Assembly (NCBI RefSeq): GCF_009914755.1
Contig: NC_060931.1
From: the human T2T-CHM13v2.0 reference genome, Homo sapiens
Direction: 5' to 3' (one strand)
Length of the DNA stretch: 64,000 nt
Shown: positions 15,602 to 28,765 of the stretch, piece by piece
Position numbering within the stretch: the first letter of the stretch is position 1
Layout: each line of letters begins with the position of its first letter
Notes under the pieces: model-generated
What the model was told of the DNA's origin: nothing
Database searches by the model: none
The model's input: the letters and a program-made list of their open reading frames with translations, nothing else
Translations under genes and position numbers: made by a program

Positions 15602-17159
15602 GACGCTCCCTTCTCTTTGCCCAAGACCTTTGGGGTTCCTCGGTGTCCAGGTTTCTAGTTCCAGTCCCCCATGCGGGGTTAAACAGAGCAGCAACCTGTT
15701 CTGTTTGAAATAGCGTAATGCTGTTCAGGTAACACTTTCCAAAGTTTCTCCCACGGGTTTCTCACTAGAGCAGATCCTGTTACTTCAGCGTCCCCAATTC
15801 AGTTCAACTTTTGAGCTCCTGCAGATGCCAGGTGCTCAAAGGGTGAGGGTAGGAGGTCACAAAAATGAGCAAGTCGTCGTTAAGTGCTCAAAGACCTCAG
15901 GAGCTTTTTGTCCTTTTAAGTGCCTTTGCACCTAGTAAGCGCCCATTAATAAATTAATGGTTCTCTTATTAGTTTTCAAATTTAAAGGCTTATTTCCGTA
16001 ATTTATTATTTAATCTCAGCGCTTTTGGTTGGGTTTAAATAATTTTCTCACTTGGCTGATACAGAAATCAGGTAACATGAAAAAGATTACAAAAGGTTGG
16101 AGATTACAAACTGTGAAGGAGAAAAATGCTGGTGGCAGTTAAGTCAGGCGAAAGTTGTTTCCTCCGGTCTCAAGTCATTGTTACTTCGCCCTGCACCATT
16201 GCGCTAAATATTAAACAGACACATGCATTAGCAATAAGTCGTTTGACTTTTTTTTTTTTTTTTGAGTAAAGGAAAAAAGATATTCAGAGTATTTCGTGGG
16301 GCTCGGGGCCCTGCAGGATTGCCCCTAGTTTTCATTTGCAAATATAAATAAATGAATGGAATTAGAGATTGGAATGACAGCTCAGATATTTGAAAGCATG
16401 AGTTGGAGCTGATATGAAAATAGAGGTAAGCGGTTCTTCGGCCTAAATAGTTGAAGGGGAGATGACTGAAGTCGGCTTTGTAAAAAAAAATCAAAAGAAT
16501 GGTTAGGGTGAACACAAACTTTGCACTGACTTCCAGAATTCTTTTTTGTATAATTATTGAAGCTTTTAAGAGCGACATTTAGAACAATCGGGAAATTTAG
16601 AACTTTCTTGAAAATCATGGTGTATTTGATGTAATTCGCTTGCCTGAAGCAGGGAAGTTGAAGCTTTTCAGACACAGAGCACTTTATTTTAATAAGGTAA
16701 TTTGGTTTTGGAGCCTGAAGAACTGGATTCAGATTCAGTCTCTGACATTTTAAGTGTCAGATCACATAATTTTTCTAGTCTTATTTTCTCATCTATAAAA
16801 TAATAAGTGTTTATGCATCTCAAAATTTACGTATGTAAATGTATTTACAAGCACTTGTGTATTGCTAATTGTTATGAAGCTATAAGATACTGTATTAAAG
16901 TATTTTACATCTTTTATGGTAGGTCATTTTGTGGCCGTACAGGAAGGAGAGTAGCTCTCTGTTGGGAGGAAATAAGGTTATTTTAAGAAGTCTTAAAATG
17001 TAAGCACATGGAAGCCTCTTTGGGAAAAAGTAGGAAAGAGTAGCAACTCAGAAAAAATTGATAATAGGTTGTAGGAGAGAGAGAGGGTATAAAAAAGAAC
17101 TGCATAAATAAAAAATGTGTTAGTTGACCTAGTAGGCTTGGTAACTGGGATTGAGCTTT

Positions 17160-17885
17160 TTAAAACTTGGAATAATTTTAGACATACAGAAGAGTTAGAA
17201 AGACAGTAGAGAGTTCCCTACATCCTGTTTCCCCCTGTGTTAGCATCTTACATAATCAGGGTACAGTGATCAAAAACAAGAAATTAACATTGCTACAATA
17301 CTGTTAACTACAGACTTTATTTACAATTTGCCAGCCCTTTCACTAATGTCCTTATTCTGTTCCAGGATCCAATGGGGATTCTACAATGCATTTAGTCATT
17401 CTTTTTCCTTAATCTCCATTCTGTGACAGTTGCTCCGTCTTCCTATCTTTCATTACCTTGATACTTTTTTGAAAAGTACTAGTCTGTTACTTTGTGGAAT
17501 GTATCTCAATTTGAGTTTGTCTGATGTTTTCTCATGGTTAAATTGATGTTATGCATTTCATAACATCTCAGTAAGAATACCACATGGGCAAAGTGTTCGC
17601 CTCAACACTTAATGTCAGAGGGCACATGATACTAACATGACTTCTTACTGGTGATGATAACTGTGATCACTTGGTTAAAGTAATAATCCACGTGGTGTCT
17701 CTACTGTAAACTTACTATTTTCTCTTTTGAAATTAATACATATTTGGGGGTAGGTACTCTCAGGCTTTCAGATGATTACTAGTCTTAGCATTCATTGATG
17801 GATTTTGCCATTGTGTTCCAATGGTGGCTCTTTTGTTTCCCTCATTCCTTCTGAATTTATTAGTTGACGCGCGTCTGTAGAGAAC
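17160..17885 (-). mobile_element. Old L1M (L1MC-like) 3'UTR
   Basis: ATAATTTTAGACATACAGAAGAGTT...TTCCAGGATCCAA motifs. Confidence 0.65.
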
Positions 17886-19530
17886 AGTTTTCCTGTCTTC
17901 CCCGACCATTGTTGATCTACTGGAATTAATGAATTGGCAGCTGGGTAAAGATAAATTTAAACGTAGTAATCTCTTTGTATAACATAATTATCACAGTTAC
18001 AAGGCAGCTTAATCTAAGCCTGGGAGTTAGACGTGGTAGGTTGGATCCTACCAGGAAAGATACTTGAAGAACTGGTCTTTTTGAAAGAGTAGGGCTAGAG
18101 AAGATGCTAATGATTGGAGGGGAGAAAAACCTGGCTAGAGAAGTTTTATCACCAGAGAGTAATATACTTAAGACTTCCAAGTCTTTTTCCCCCCCACCTG
18201 TTCTTCAAAATATCTAATTTATGATTATGTTATACTAGATACTGCTAGACATGACATGGATTTTTATGCCTTTATTTTTCAGTTAGTGCTCATTACAAAC
18301 TTGGCACCTGTTGTTTGAATATAACTTAATGGTTACGTTTACATCAAACTAAGAGTAACTGTTGTGGACTTCTAACTTAATATGTAGAGTCTGGTCTACA
18401 CGATCCCAGTCCCTCACACACATCTAAACTTAATTATGGACTTGAATGGATTCTGAATTTGTTTTACATCAGGGGCAACGTTGGGTATAGTTGCCACTGG
18501 AGAAAAGAAAGGGATCAAGAACACTAGAGGCCCCATATTTGGAAGAGAGTTCTCTAATTCTCTTCATTTGTGATCCTGGAAAACTGGCAATATAATAGTA
18601 GAGAGAATTCAGCTGGGGGAAGTTTTTGTTCAGGGACCAAGTGGGGCAACGTGGAAGGAAAGTATTTTAAGTATAGAAATGTAAAAGCATGTTTACAGAG
18701 TAAATAGTGAATTTATGTAATTTCTCACCATAAGAGAAAAAATTTAAGTTCAGGAAGAGTTTTTGGGAATCTATGAAGGGAGAATGTACGATAACTGGTT
18801 TGTAAAATGTGCATTGTAATCTCAACTCTTAGGAGGTAACTATTAGAAGTGAAATTGAGACTCCATAGATCGGGGGTCTTACTACGGCATTTTAAAAGTT
18901 CTGACTGTGCTCATTTTTGAGGAATAGTTGTTTAAGGCTTTCTATTTTTCTCTCTGTGCCTACCACTTATTTTCTAGGAAATCAGAATAAGCATTGAAGA
19001 TTAAATAGATAAAACATGTTGGTGAGAGAATATGAGACAAAGAGCACAGAAGAGTGTGCTCTCAGGAGCTACCTGAAGAGACTTCATTTATTTTTCTTTT
19101 TCTGTCCCATGTATTTTTCTGAGTTGTCTCTTGCCTAGTTCCTGTTGTTTTTCTTAAGTACCTGTTCTGTGTCTGTTGTGGAATATTTTTTAACTGTTTT
19201 GTTTCTAGAAAAAGGCAGAAACATTTTTCAGATAGTTTTGATCACTTACTATTTCCAGACAATGTGCTAGGCATTTAAGACACAAAAATGAATAATAAAT
19301 GTATTTTACTTTCACAGTGTTCAAAGTTTAGTAGAAAAGGATAGACAATTGTAATATAGTATGAAAGAGTGTCTATTAAATGCTGTGGGATCAAGGAGTA
19401 ATGGAGGAAGTTGAAAGCTACACAAGATGGTTAAGTCTTGAGTAGGTCAAATTTACCATATCAAAAAGAGAACCTTCTAGAAAGAGGGAATAACATATGC
19501 AGAGGCATCGAGGTAAGAAACAGTATGAGG

Positions 19531-19851
19531 TTTTTTGGTTTTTTTTTTTTGTTTTTTTTTTTTTGTTTTTGAGATGGAGTCTTCGCTCTATCGCCCAGGC
19601 TGGAGTGCAGTGGCGTGATCTCAGCTTACTGCAAACTCCGCCTCCCAGGTTCATGCCATTCTCCTGCCTCAGCCTCCTGAGTAGCTGGGACTACAGGCGC
19701 CCACCACTGCGCCCAGCTAATTTTTTGTATTTTTAGTAGAGATGGGGTTTCACTGTGTTAGCCAGGATGGTATTGATCTCCCGACCTTATGATCCGCCCA
19801 CCTGGGCCTCCCAAATGCTGGGATTACAGGCGTGAGCCACCGCGCCCGGCC
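19531..19851 (-). mobile_element. AluY
   Basis: TSD GAAACAGTATGA. Confidence 0.95.
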
Positions 19852-20679
19852 GAAACAGTATGACTTTTTTCCAGGAACTGCAGTGTTGTGTTTGGAATTT
19901 AGTGTTTTACGCAGAAGATGAGGAAGAAATAAAGCTAAAGAGGTGGCAGGAGACAGGATATTCTGCTAAGGGTTTTAAGTTTTTATTTTGAATCATTGAA
20001 GGCTTTGTAAATGGTGGAAATGACTTAAATTACATTCTAGAAAGATCATGTTAGCAGCAATATAGAGGAATAATTGAAGTAAAAGCCTGATTGAAAGTAG
20101 GGAGAACTGTTAGTAGATGGATGTAGTAATCCCAGTCTCAAATAGGTATATACCTAAACCAAGACAGAGGCCTTGAAAATGGAGGATATAGATTTATGAG
20201 GTTTTTTTTTTTTTTCTTTTAAAGTAGAGTGGAACTTGACTTGTTGACTAATACAGTATTAGTGAAGGAGAAGAAAACAGAATGGATAACTCTCAGGTTT
20301 GGAGCATGATACCAGTAACCAGAATAGTCATATAGGAGGAACAGATTGGGAATGAGTTCAGTTTGGTGTGCTTTGTGCTAAAAATTCTCATGGACAGTTA
20401 AGTGAAGATGTTCAGAGAGATATGTGTTGGTCTGATACTCAGGAGACAGATTGTGGCTGGAGACAGAGATTTGGAAGTTATTACCTGTAGTTGGTAGACT
20501 AAAGATGTGGGTGGAAGTGCCCCTTTTGGGTATAAGTTGGTCAAAGATAGAACATTAACATTTAGGAGTTAAGAGAATGAAAGTAGTTGTATAGTGCTGG
20601 AATTTTTCTTTTCTTTTTTTTTTTCCATCTGTATGTAGTTGTTCCTAGCTACTGCTGCAATGGAAGTACTTTTTTACTT

Positions 20680-23600
20680 TTTAAAATTTTATTTTAAGTT
20701 CTGGGATACATGTGCTGAACATGCAGGTTTGTTACATAGGTATACATGTACCATGGTGGTTTGCTATACCTATCAACCCATCATGTAGGTTTTAAGCCCT
20801 GCATGCATTTGGTATTTGTCCTAATGCTCTACCTCCTCTTTCCCCCCACCCCCTGAAAGGCCCAGGTATGTGATGTTCCCCTCCCTGTGTCCATGTGTTC
20901 TCATTGTTCAATTCCCACTTAGGAGTGAGAACATGAGGTTTTTGGTTTTCTGTTCCTGTATTAGTTTGCTGAGGATGATGGTTTCCAGCTTCATCCATGT
21001 CCCAGCAAAGGACATAAACTCATTCTTTTTTATGGCTGCATAGTATTCCATGATGTATATGTTCCACATTTTCTGTATCCAGCCTATCGTTGATGGATAT
21101 TTGGGTTGGTTCCAAGTCTTTGCTATTGTAAATAGTGCTGCAGTAAACATACATGTGCATGTGTGTTTATAGTAGAATGATTTATAATCCTTTGGGTATA
21201 TACCCAGTAGTGGGATTGCTGGGTCAAATGGTATTTCTGGTTCCAGATCCTTGAGGAATTGCCACACTGTCTTCCACAATGGTTGAAGTAATTTACACTC
21301 CCACCAACAGTGTAAAAGTGTTCCTATTTCTCCACATCCTCTCCAGCATCTGTAGTTTCCTGATGTTTTAATGATTGCCATTCTAACTGGCGTGAGATGG
21401 TATCTCATTGTGGTTTTGATTTACATTTCTCTAATGACCAGTGATGATGAGCTTTTCTTATGTTTGTTTACTGCATAAATGTCTTTTTTTTTTTTTTGAG
21501 AAGGGTGTGTTCATATCCTTCGCCCACTTTTGGATGGGTTTTTTTTTTCTTGTAAATTTGTTTAAGTTCCTTGTAGATTCTGGATAGTAGCCCTTTGTCA
21601 GATGGATAGATTGCAAAAATTTTCTCCCGTTCTGTAGGTTGCCTGTTCACTCTGATGGTAGTTTCTTTTGCTGAGCAGAAGCTCTTTAATTTAATTAGAT
21701 CTCATTTGTCAATTTTGGCTTTCGTTGCTATTGCTGTTGGTGTTTTAGTCATGAAGTCTTTGCCCATGCCTATGTCCTGAATGGTATTGTCTAGGTTTTC
21801 TTCTAGGGTTTTTATGGTTTTAGGTTTTACGATTAAGTCTTTAATCCATCTTGAGTTGGTTGTAAAGTGTAAGGAAGGGGTCCAGTTTCTGTTTTTTGCA
21901 TATGGCTAGCCAGTTTTCCCAGCACCATTTATTAAATAGGGAATCCTTTCCCCATTGCTTGTTTTTGTCAGGTTTGTCAAAGATGAGATGGTTGCAGATG
22001 TGTGGTGTTATTTCTGAGGCCTCTGTTTTGTTCTATTCATCTATATGTCTGTTTTGGTGCCAGTATCATGCTCTTGTGGTAACTGTAACCTTGTAGTAAT
22101 AGTTTGAAGTCAGGTAGCGTGATGCCTTGAGCCTTGTTCTTTTTGCTTAGGATTGTCTTGGCTATGCGGGCTCCTTTTTGGTTCCACATGAAATTTAAAG
22201 TAATTTTTTTTCTAGTTCTGTGAAGAAAGTCAATGGTAGCTTGATAGGAATAGCATTGAATGTATAAATTACTTTGAGCAGTATGGCCATTTTAGCAATA
22301 TTAATTCTTCCCATCCATTAGCATGGAAGGTTTTTCCATTTGTTTGTGTCCTCTCTTACTTCTTTGAGCAGTGGTTTGTAGTTCTCCTTGAAGAGGTCCT
22401 TTGTGTCTCTTGTAAGTTGTATTTCTAGGTATTTTATTTTCTTTGTAGCAATTGTGAATGGGAGTTCACTCATGATTTGGCTCTCTGTTTGTCTATTATT
22501 GGTGTATAGGAATGCATGTGATTTTTGCACATTGATTTCATATCCTGAGACTTTGCTGAAGTTGTTTATCAGCTTAAGGAGTTTTTGGGCTGAGACGATG
22601 GGGTTTTCTAAATACACAATCAGGTCATCTGCAAACAGTTTGACTTCCTCTCTTCTTATTTGAATATGTTTTATTTTTTTCTCTTGCCTGATTGCTCTGG
22701 CCAGAACTTCCAATACTACGTTGAATAGGAGTGGTGAGAGAGGTCATCATTGTCTAGTGCTGGTTTTCAAAGGGAATGCTTTATCATTTTTATTGTGTCT
22801 ATTTGATTCTTCTCTCTTTTCTTCTTTATTAGTCTGGCCAGCGGTCTATTTTGTTAATCTTTTCAAAAAAACGGCTCCGATTCATGGATTTTTTTGAAGG
22901 GTTTTTCATGTCTCTCCTTCAGTTCTGGTCTGATCTTAGTTATTTCTTGTCTTCTGCTAGTTTTTGAATTTGTTTGCTCTTGTTTGCCTAGTTCTTTTAA
23001 TTGTGACCGTAGGGTGTCAATTTTAGGCGTTTCTCACTTTCTGATGTGGGCATTTAGTGCTATAAATTTCCCTCTAAACACTGCTTTAGCTGTGTCCCAG
23101 AGATTCTGGTACATTGTCTCTTTGTTCTCATTGGTTTCAAAGAAACCACTTTCAGGAACCTCAATCAATCGTAGGCTTGGTCTTTTCACATAGTCCCATA
23201 TTTCTTGGAGTCTTTGTTCATTCCTTTTCATTCTTTTTTCTCTAATATTGTCTCCATGCCTTATTTCAGTAAGTTGATCTTCAATCTCTGATATCCTTTC
23301 TTCCTCTTTGTTGATTTGGCTCTTGATACTTGTGTATGCTTCATGAAGTTTTCATGCTGTGTTTTTCATCTCCATCAGGTCATTTATGTTCTTCTCTAAA
23401 CTGGTTATTGTGTTAGCAGTTCCTGTAACCTTTTGTCAGAGTTCTTAGCTTCCTTGCATTGGGTTAGAACATGCCTCCGTAGCTCAGAGGAGTTTGTTAT
23501 TACCTACCTTCTGAAGCCTACTTCTGTCAATTCATCAAACTCATTCTCCATCCAGTTTTGTGTCCTTGCTGGAGAGGAGTTGCAATCATTTGGAGGAGAA

Positions 23601-24956
23601 GAAGCATTCTGGTTTTTGGAATTTGCAGCATTTTTGTGCTGGTGTTTCCTCATCTTCATGGATTTACTTTGGATGGGGTTTTGTGTGAGGGTCTTTTTTG
23701 TTGCTGTTCATGTTGCTGCTTTCTGTTTGTTTTTCTTCTAATAGGCCCCTCTTCTGCAGATCTGCTGCAGTTTGCTGGAGGTCTACTCCAGACCCTATTT
23801 GCCTGGGTATCACCAGCAGAGGCTGCAGAACAGCAAAGATTGCTGCCTGCTCTTTCCTCTGGAAGCTTCGTCCCAGAGGGGCACCAGCCTGATGCCAGCC
23901 AGAGCTCTCCTGTATGAGGTGTCTGTCAACCCCTGTTGGGAGGTCTCTTCCAGTCAGGAGGCATGGGGGTCAAAGACCCAGTTGAGGAAGCAGTCTGTCC
24001 CTTAGTGGAGCTCAAGCACCGTCCTGCGAAAGCCCTCCTTGTCAGCATCCGCTGCTCTCTTCAGAGCCGTCAGGCAGGAACATTTAAGTCTGCTGAAGCT
24101 GTGCCCACAGCTGCCCCTTCCCCCAGGTGCTGTGGCCCAGGGAGATGGGAGTTTTATCTGTAAGCCCCTGATTGGGGCTGCTGCCTTTGTTTCAGAGATG
24201 CCCTGCCCAGTGAGGAGGAATCTAGAGAGGCAGTCTGGCCACAGCTGCTTTGCTGCGTTACGTTGAGTTCCTCCCAGTCCTTAGTACTGTCAGAGGAAAA
24301 CAGCCTACTCAAGCCTCAGTAATGGCAGATGCCCCTCCCCCCACCAAGCTGTGTCATCCCTGGTCGACTTCAGACTTGTGCTGGCAGCGAGAAATTCAAG
24401 CCAGTGGTTCTTAGCTTGCTGGCCTTCATGGGAGTGGGACCTGCTGAGCGAGACCACTTGGTTCCCTGGCTTCAGCTCCCTTTCCAGGCAAGTGAACGGT
24501 TCTGTCTTGCCTGGGTTCCAGGCACCACTGGAGTACCGAAAAAAAAAAAAAAAAAACCCTGCAGCTAGCTCGGTGTCTGCCCGAATAGCTGCCCAGCTTT
24601 GAGCTTGAAACCCAGGGCCTTGGTGGTGTAGACACACGAGGGAATCTCCTGGTCTTCGGATTACAAAAATCATGGGAAAAGCATAGTATCTGGGCCGGAT
24701 AGCACAGTCCCTCATGGCTTCCCTTGGCTGGGAAAGGGAGCCCCTCACCTCCCCGCAACTCCTTGCGCTTCCTGGGTGAGGCAACACCCCATGCTGCTTC
24801 TGCTCGCCCTCCATGGGCTGCACCCACTGCCTAACCAGTCCCAGTGAGATGAACAGGGTACCTTAGTTGGAAATGGAGAAATCACCTGCCTTATGTATTG
24901 GTCTTGCTTGGAGCTGCCAACCAGAGCTGTTCCTATTTGGCTATCTTGCCAGATCC
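20680..24956 (-). mobile_element. L1PA (L1PA7/8-like) with both ends present and two large internal deletions
   Basis: 5'UTR start near 24956, ORF1 fragment, ORF2 fragments (22318-22713 RT region; 20908-21408 C-terminus) and 3'UTR. Deletion junctions at ~23145 and ~22780. Confidence 0.92.
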
Positions 24957-25553
24957 AAGAGAATCCATTTTCTTTTTCTTCTCTTCAAGTAAAGGCAATG
25001 ATCCCGGTATCACGGACTGACTGTAACTGCTCTTCTTGATTATGTTCAATTCTTTATACTTGTGTGATAATTTAGTTATTATAACATTTTCTTTCCCATT
25101 TTATTTTGTTGCATTTGTTCGAGAGGAGGAAATGCTTCAGACTTCAGGTAGCCATTCCTTTGTAACTCTCATGGGATGTCTTTTTCTTATATATGATTTT
25201 GAAGTGGATCATCATTTGTATGTATGTATCATATATACACATGTATTATTAAGTGGCATGTCACCTATATTTAGAGTTTCCTTAGTATAATTAGGATTGG
25301 ATGGGTATTTGGCTAGTTTTTATAAATGTATGCTTCTCTTACCTAATTTGTGGACCTCATTTTGTTACTCTTGAACATCTTGATTTATAGTTTTAGCTTG
25401 CAGGAGAAAAGGAATGAATTGCTTCTCTGTTTAGTGAATGGATTGTATGTGTCAGGGATACATTTCCCAAGTATGAGTGGGTCAGTTGGGTCTCAGTCAA
25501 ATTGTTAATTCTGCATTTTACTCATTGTCGGTGTTTTTGTGATGGTTTATTGA

Positions 25554-25878
<325 letters not shown>

Positions 25879-26566
25879 TAACCATACTGTGGTCCTTAAC
25901 TAATGGTTTAAAAAGGGGTACAAGAGAAGATACAAAACAGTTTATCCTTGCAACATAGAATGTTTTCTACTTTTTCATGTCTGAAACACTTGCATTATTA
26001 GTGAAGCTTTTAAGATATTACTACTTAGGAATATTTAATTTTTATTGGTGTTATAAAATGTGTTATAACAATGCTCATGATAAAGTAACAAAGTAAAAAT
26101 TATAGTTTGATCAATATTGCATATATTATTGACTTTATGGTATGTTACTGGAAGACAGGTGTATGTTTCTTTTATTTAAATGATTCAAAATTTTCAGATT
26201 TAAAATAATGGTAATAGCATGATAATGTTAATATGCTAGTGGTCATAGTTCTGAAACATTGTGTGTGTAGAGGTATGTGTATAGGTAATGTGCAATCTTA
26301 AAATTTGAAGTTTTTGTACAAATTTAAGGTGATAAAAATTATATATGCATGAAAGGAAAATAAAAAGAAATTAAAATTCATGAAAAATATGGGAAAGAAT
26401 ATGTGGATAATATTAATTTTCCTTATTACTATTTTATTAAATAAATGTAGTTTATGGTTGCTTAATAAGAACACTGTATACAACTGAAGTTTTACATAGG
26501 GAGTAGAATTAACTGAAAGAGAGCTTCTGATTGTTTTGTTAAGCCCCTGTTTTTCAGTTGGTGCAC

Positions 26567-26670
26567 TTTTTTTTTCCTTTGAGATAGGATCTTGCTCTGT
26601 TGCCCAGTCTGCTCTCGAACTCCTAGGCTCAAGTGATCCTCCTGCCTCAGCCTCCTTAGTAGCAGAGATT
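26567..26670 (-). mobile_element. FLAM-like Alu monomer
   Basis: Single diverged monomer. Confidence 0.75.
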
Positions 26671-27340
26671 AACTTTTTTCTTAAATTGAAGTAGTAGATA
26701 CATATGGCTTAGAATAATTAATTAGTGTAGAAGGGCTTATAATAAAAAGCAGTGTACTCTTTCCTGTTTATCTCTTCAAAGGGGACATTTTTTGTTTTAT
26801 TTTGGTCTCTTTCATGTTCCAAATGTCTTGAGAATTTTGGTTATCTGTCCATATTTATGAATAAAACAATAAGAAACTAACCAAGAACTATACATATAGA
26901 TAGGCTTGTTGATTGGGAAATTACTTTTAGGTTAATCTTGCCTGTATTTGCTTCCTGCTCCTGATTTCCTACCTACCTGGTGTTTGAGTTCACTTGGTTT
27001 TGGCAGTTTGGCTGTCTCTTTAAGTGTATTCTCTGTTTGTATTCGGAACTATGGCCTCCTGTGTCTGCTTTGGTTCATTATTTACACTGTTCTGCTTTCC
27101 ATCTTCAGAAAATCTGTTGAAATTGCTTGGCTGCTAATGGCTCCATTCTTGTTCTCTAGTCATTATGGATTATTCCTTTTAAAAATTGCTTTACTGCTAG
27201 TTTAGTCTGGCTTTGGAAGGGAGAGGAGATAAAAAATAAGCTCTCGTGATATCCCCAGTCTGCCATCTTTACTTGGAAATCCTTTCATGTTAAAGATGAA
27301 GAAACTAAGGCCTATAGAAGTAAAATGACTTGTTTGATAC

Positions 27341-28765
27341 TGATGCAGGATTTTTTCAGTGCCGCTTTGCCAGCCAGAAATCTCTGGCCGGCAGCACCCC
27401 TGCCCAGGCCTCACTTAGTTCTGAGCTGGCCACTAGTCTCTATGCTCTGCCCACCCAGGCTGGCAGGCTGCGCTCAGCTTATGCTACCAGCCTGGATCCC
27501 ATGTCTGCTGAGGGCGAGCCAGGCACAGAGCAGCAAAGGATATGTGAGCAAGCGAGTGTGGGATCCAGCCATGGTGCACAGCCAGGTGTGCTGGCTGCTG
27601 TGGTGGGTCTGCGGTGGGATGGGCAGCTTCAGGCACTGGCTTCGTGCGAGGCTGTGGCTGGACCAGGCATACCACAGCAGCTTCCACCTTGGGTGCCAGC
27701 ATCAGGATGAGGAGAAGGCAGTGGAGCCCGAAAACTTGGAGATGCCAGGAACTGTGGAGCCCCAAAGGGGGCATTACAGCATGTGAAATCTCGTCTCTAT
27801 TAAAAATATAAAAACTATCCGGATGTGGTGGTGGATGCCTGTAATCCCAGCTACTCAGGAGGCTAAGGCAGGAGAATTGCTTGAATCCTGGAGAAGGTGG
27901 TTGCAGTGAGCCCACACAGTGCCACTGCACTCCAGCCTCGGTGACGGAGTGATACCCAGTCTAAAAAAAAAAAAAAAAAACCTTGATGTAGAAAACATAT
28001 ATGTGTGACAAATCACCATTCAATAAACCATCACAAAAACACCGACAATGAGTAAACAAGACAGCTTATTTCTGCTGTCTGCAGCCTACCAAACTGGGGC
28101 ATGTTACAGCTCTGGCTCGGGAAGTCCTGGGGTCTGGTCCCCCAGAAGGGTCCTAGCTCTTCTTTTGTAGTCCAGCTGGTGGGAGTGTGTCACTGCCTGC
28201 AGCTGGGTGAGCTGATCAGCTTGTTCATGTTACAGCTTGTTCATTCCCACTGCCCTGCTCTGGCCTGTGGCTCTTGGGCTGGCCCCACCCCTCCAATGCT
28301 TCCTGTCACGTGTGGCCGCAGCCCTGTGATGGCAGAGGGTGGGAGGGCTACGACCATTTGGCAGGTCCCAGGTTCTTGTCCCGCATCCAGGAAGAATAGG
28401 GTTATGGGGACAACCACATAGTGAGTAAGGTGGAGAAGAGTTTTATTCCAGTCTCCACACAAGAGGGGACCTGAAGTGGATAGTATTCCCTACCTGAAGG
28501 GGGATAGTCTCCACCTGTGTCTGAGTCCAGGGGTTTTTATGGGCTCAGAATGGAGGAGTGTATGCTGATTGGTCCATGGGCAGGCCTGGAAAAAACACCA
28601 TTTGATTGGCTGAAAAGGCAGGGAGGAAGTTCTCTATCTGGTCATGGACTTTGCCAGGAACTGGCAGCTCGGTTTTCAGGCTCCAGGCTGTTTTTGGCTT
28701 GAAAGTCAGTTTCATTGGACCTGCCCTTGTCTGCCTAGGAATTTGTCTGTCTCCTGCTGCTATCA
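27341..28765 (-). mobile_element. ERV1 solo LTR, MER52/LTR27/LTR28 group
   Basis: Minus strand starts TGATAGCAGCAGGAGACAGACAAATTCCTAGGCAGA; GC-rich body; interrupted at 27783-28056. Confidence 0.8.

Larger units (their letters stand above)
15150..15620 (+). promoter_or_regulatory. CpG-island promoter of SDHAF3
   Basis: Only CpG-dense non-repeat stretch in the window. NRF1-type TGCGCAGGCGCA at 15387-15398 and GGCGCAGGCGCG at 15187-15198; ETS/GABP core CTTCCGG at 15333-15339; KLF/SP box GGCCACGCCCC at 15209-15219. Confidence 0.85.

Noticed and set aside
14833-15624. 263-aa minus-strand ORF over the promoter
   Set aside because: Non-ATG start, no recognisable domain, and long stop-free frames are expected in a GC-rich island antisense to a real exon.
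20908-22713. Active L1 ORF2 coding sequence
   Set aside because: Fragmented by stops, frameshifts and deletions.
27325-28421. Several 100-150 aa ORFs
   Set aside because: GC-rich LTR and Alu sequence with no protein homology.
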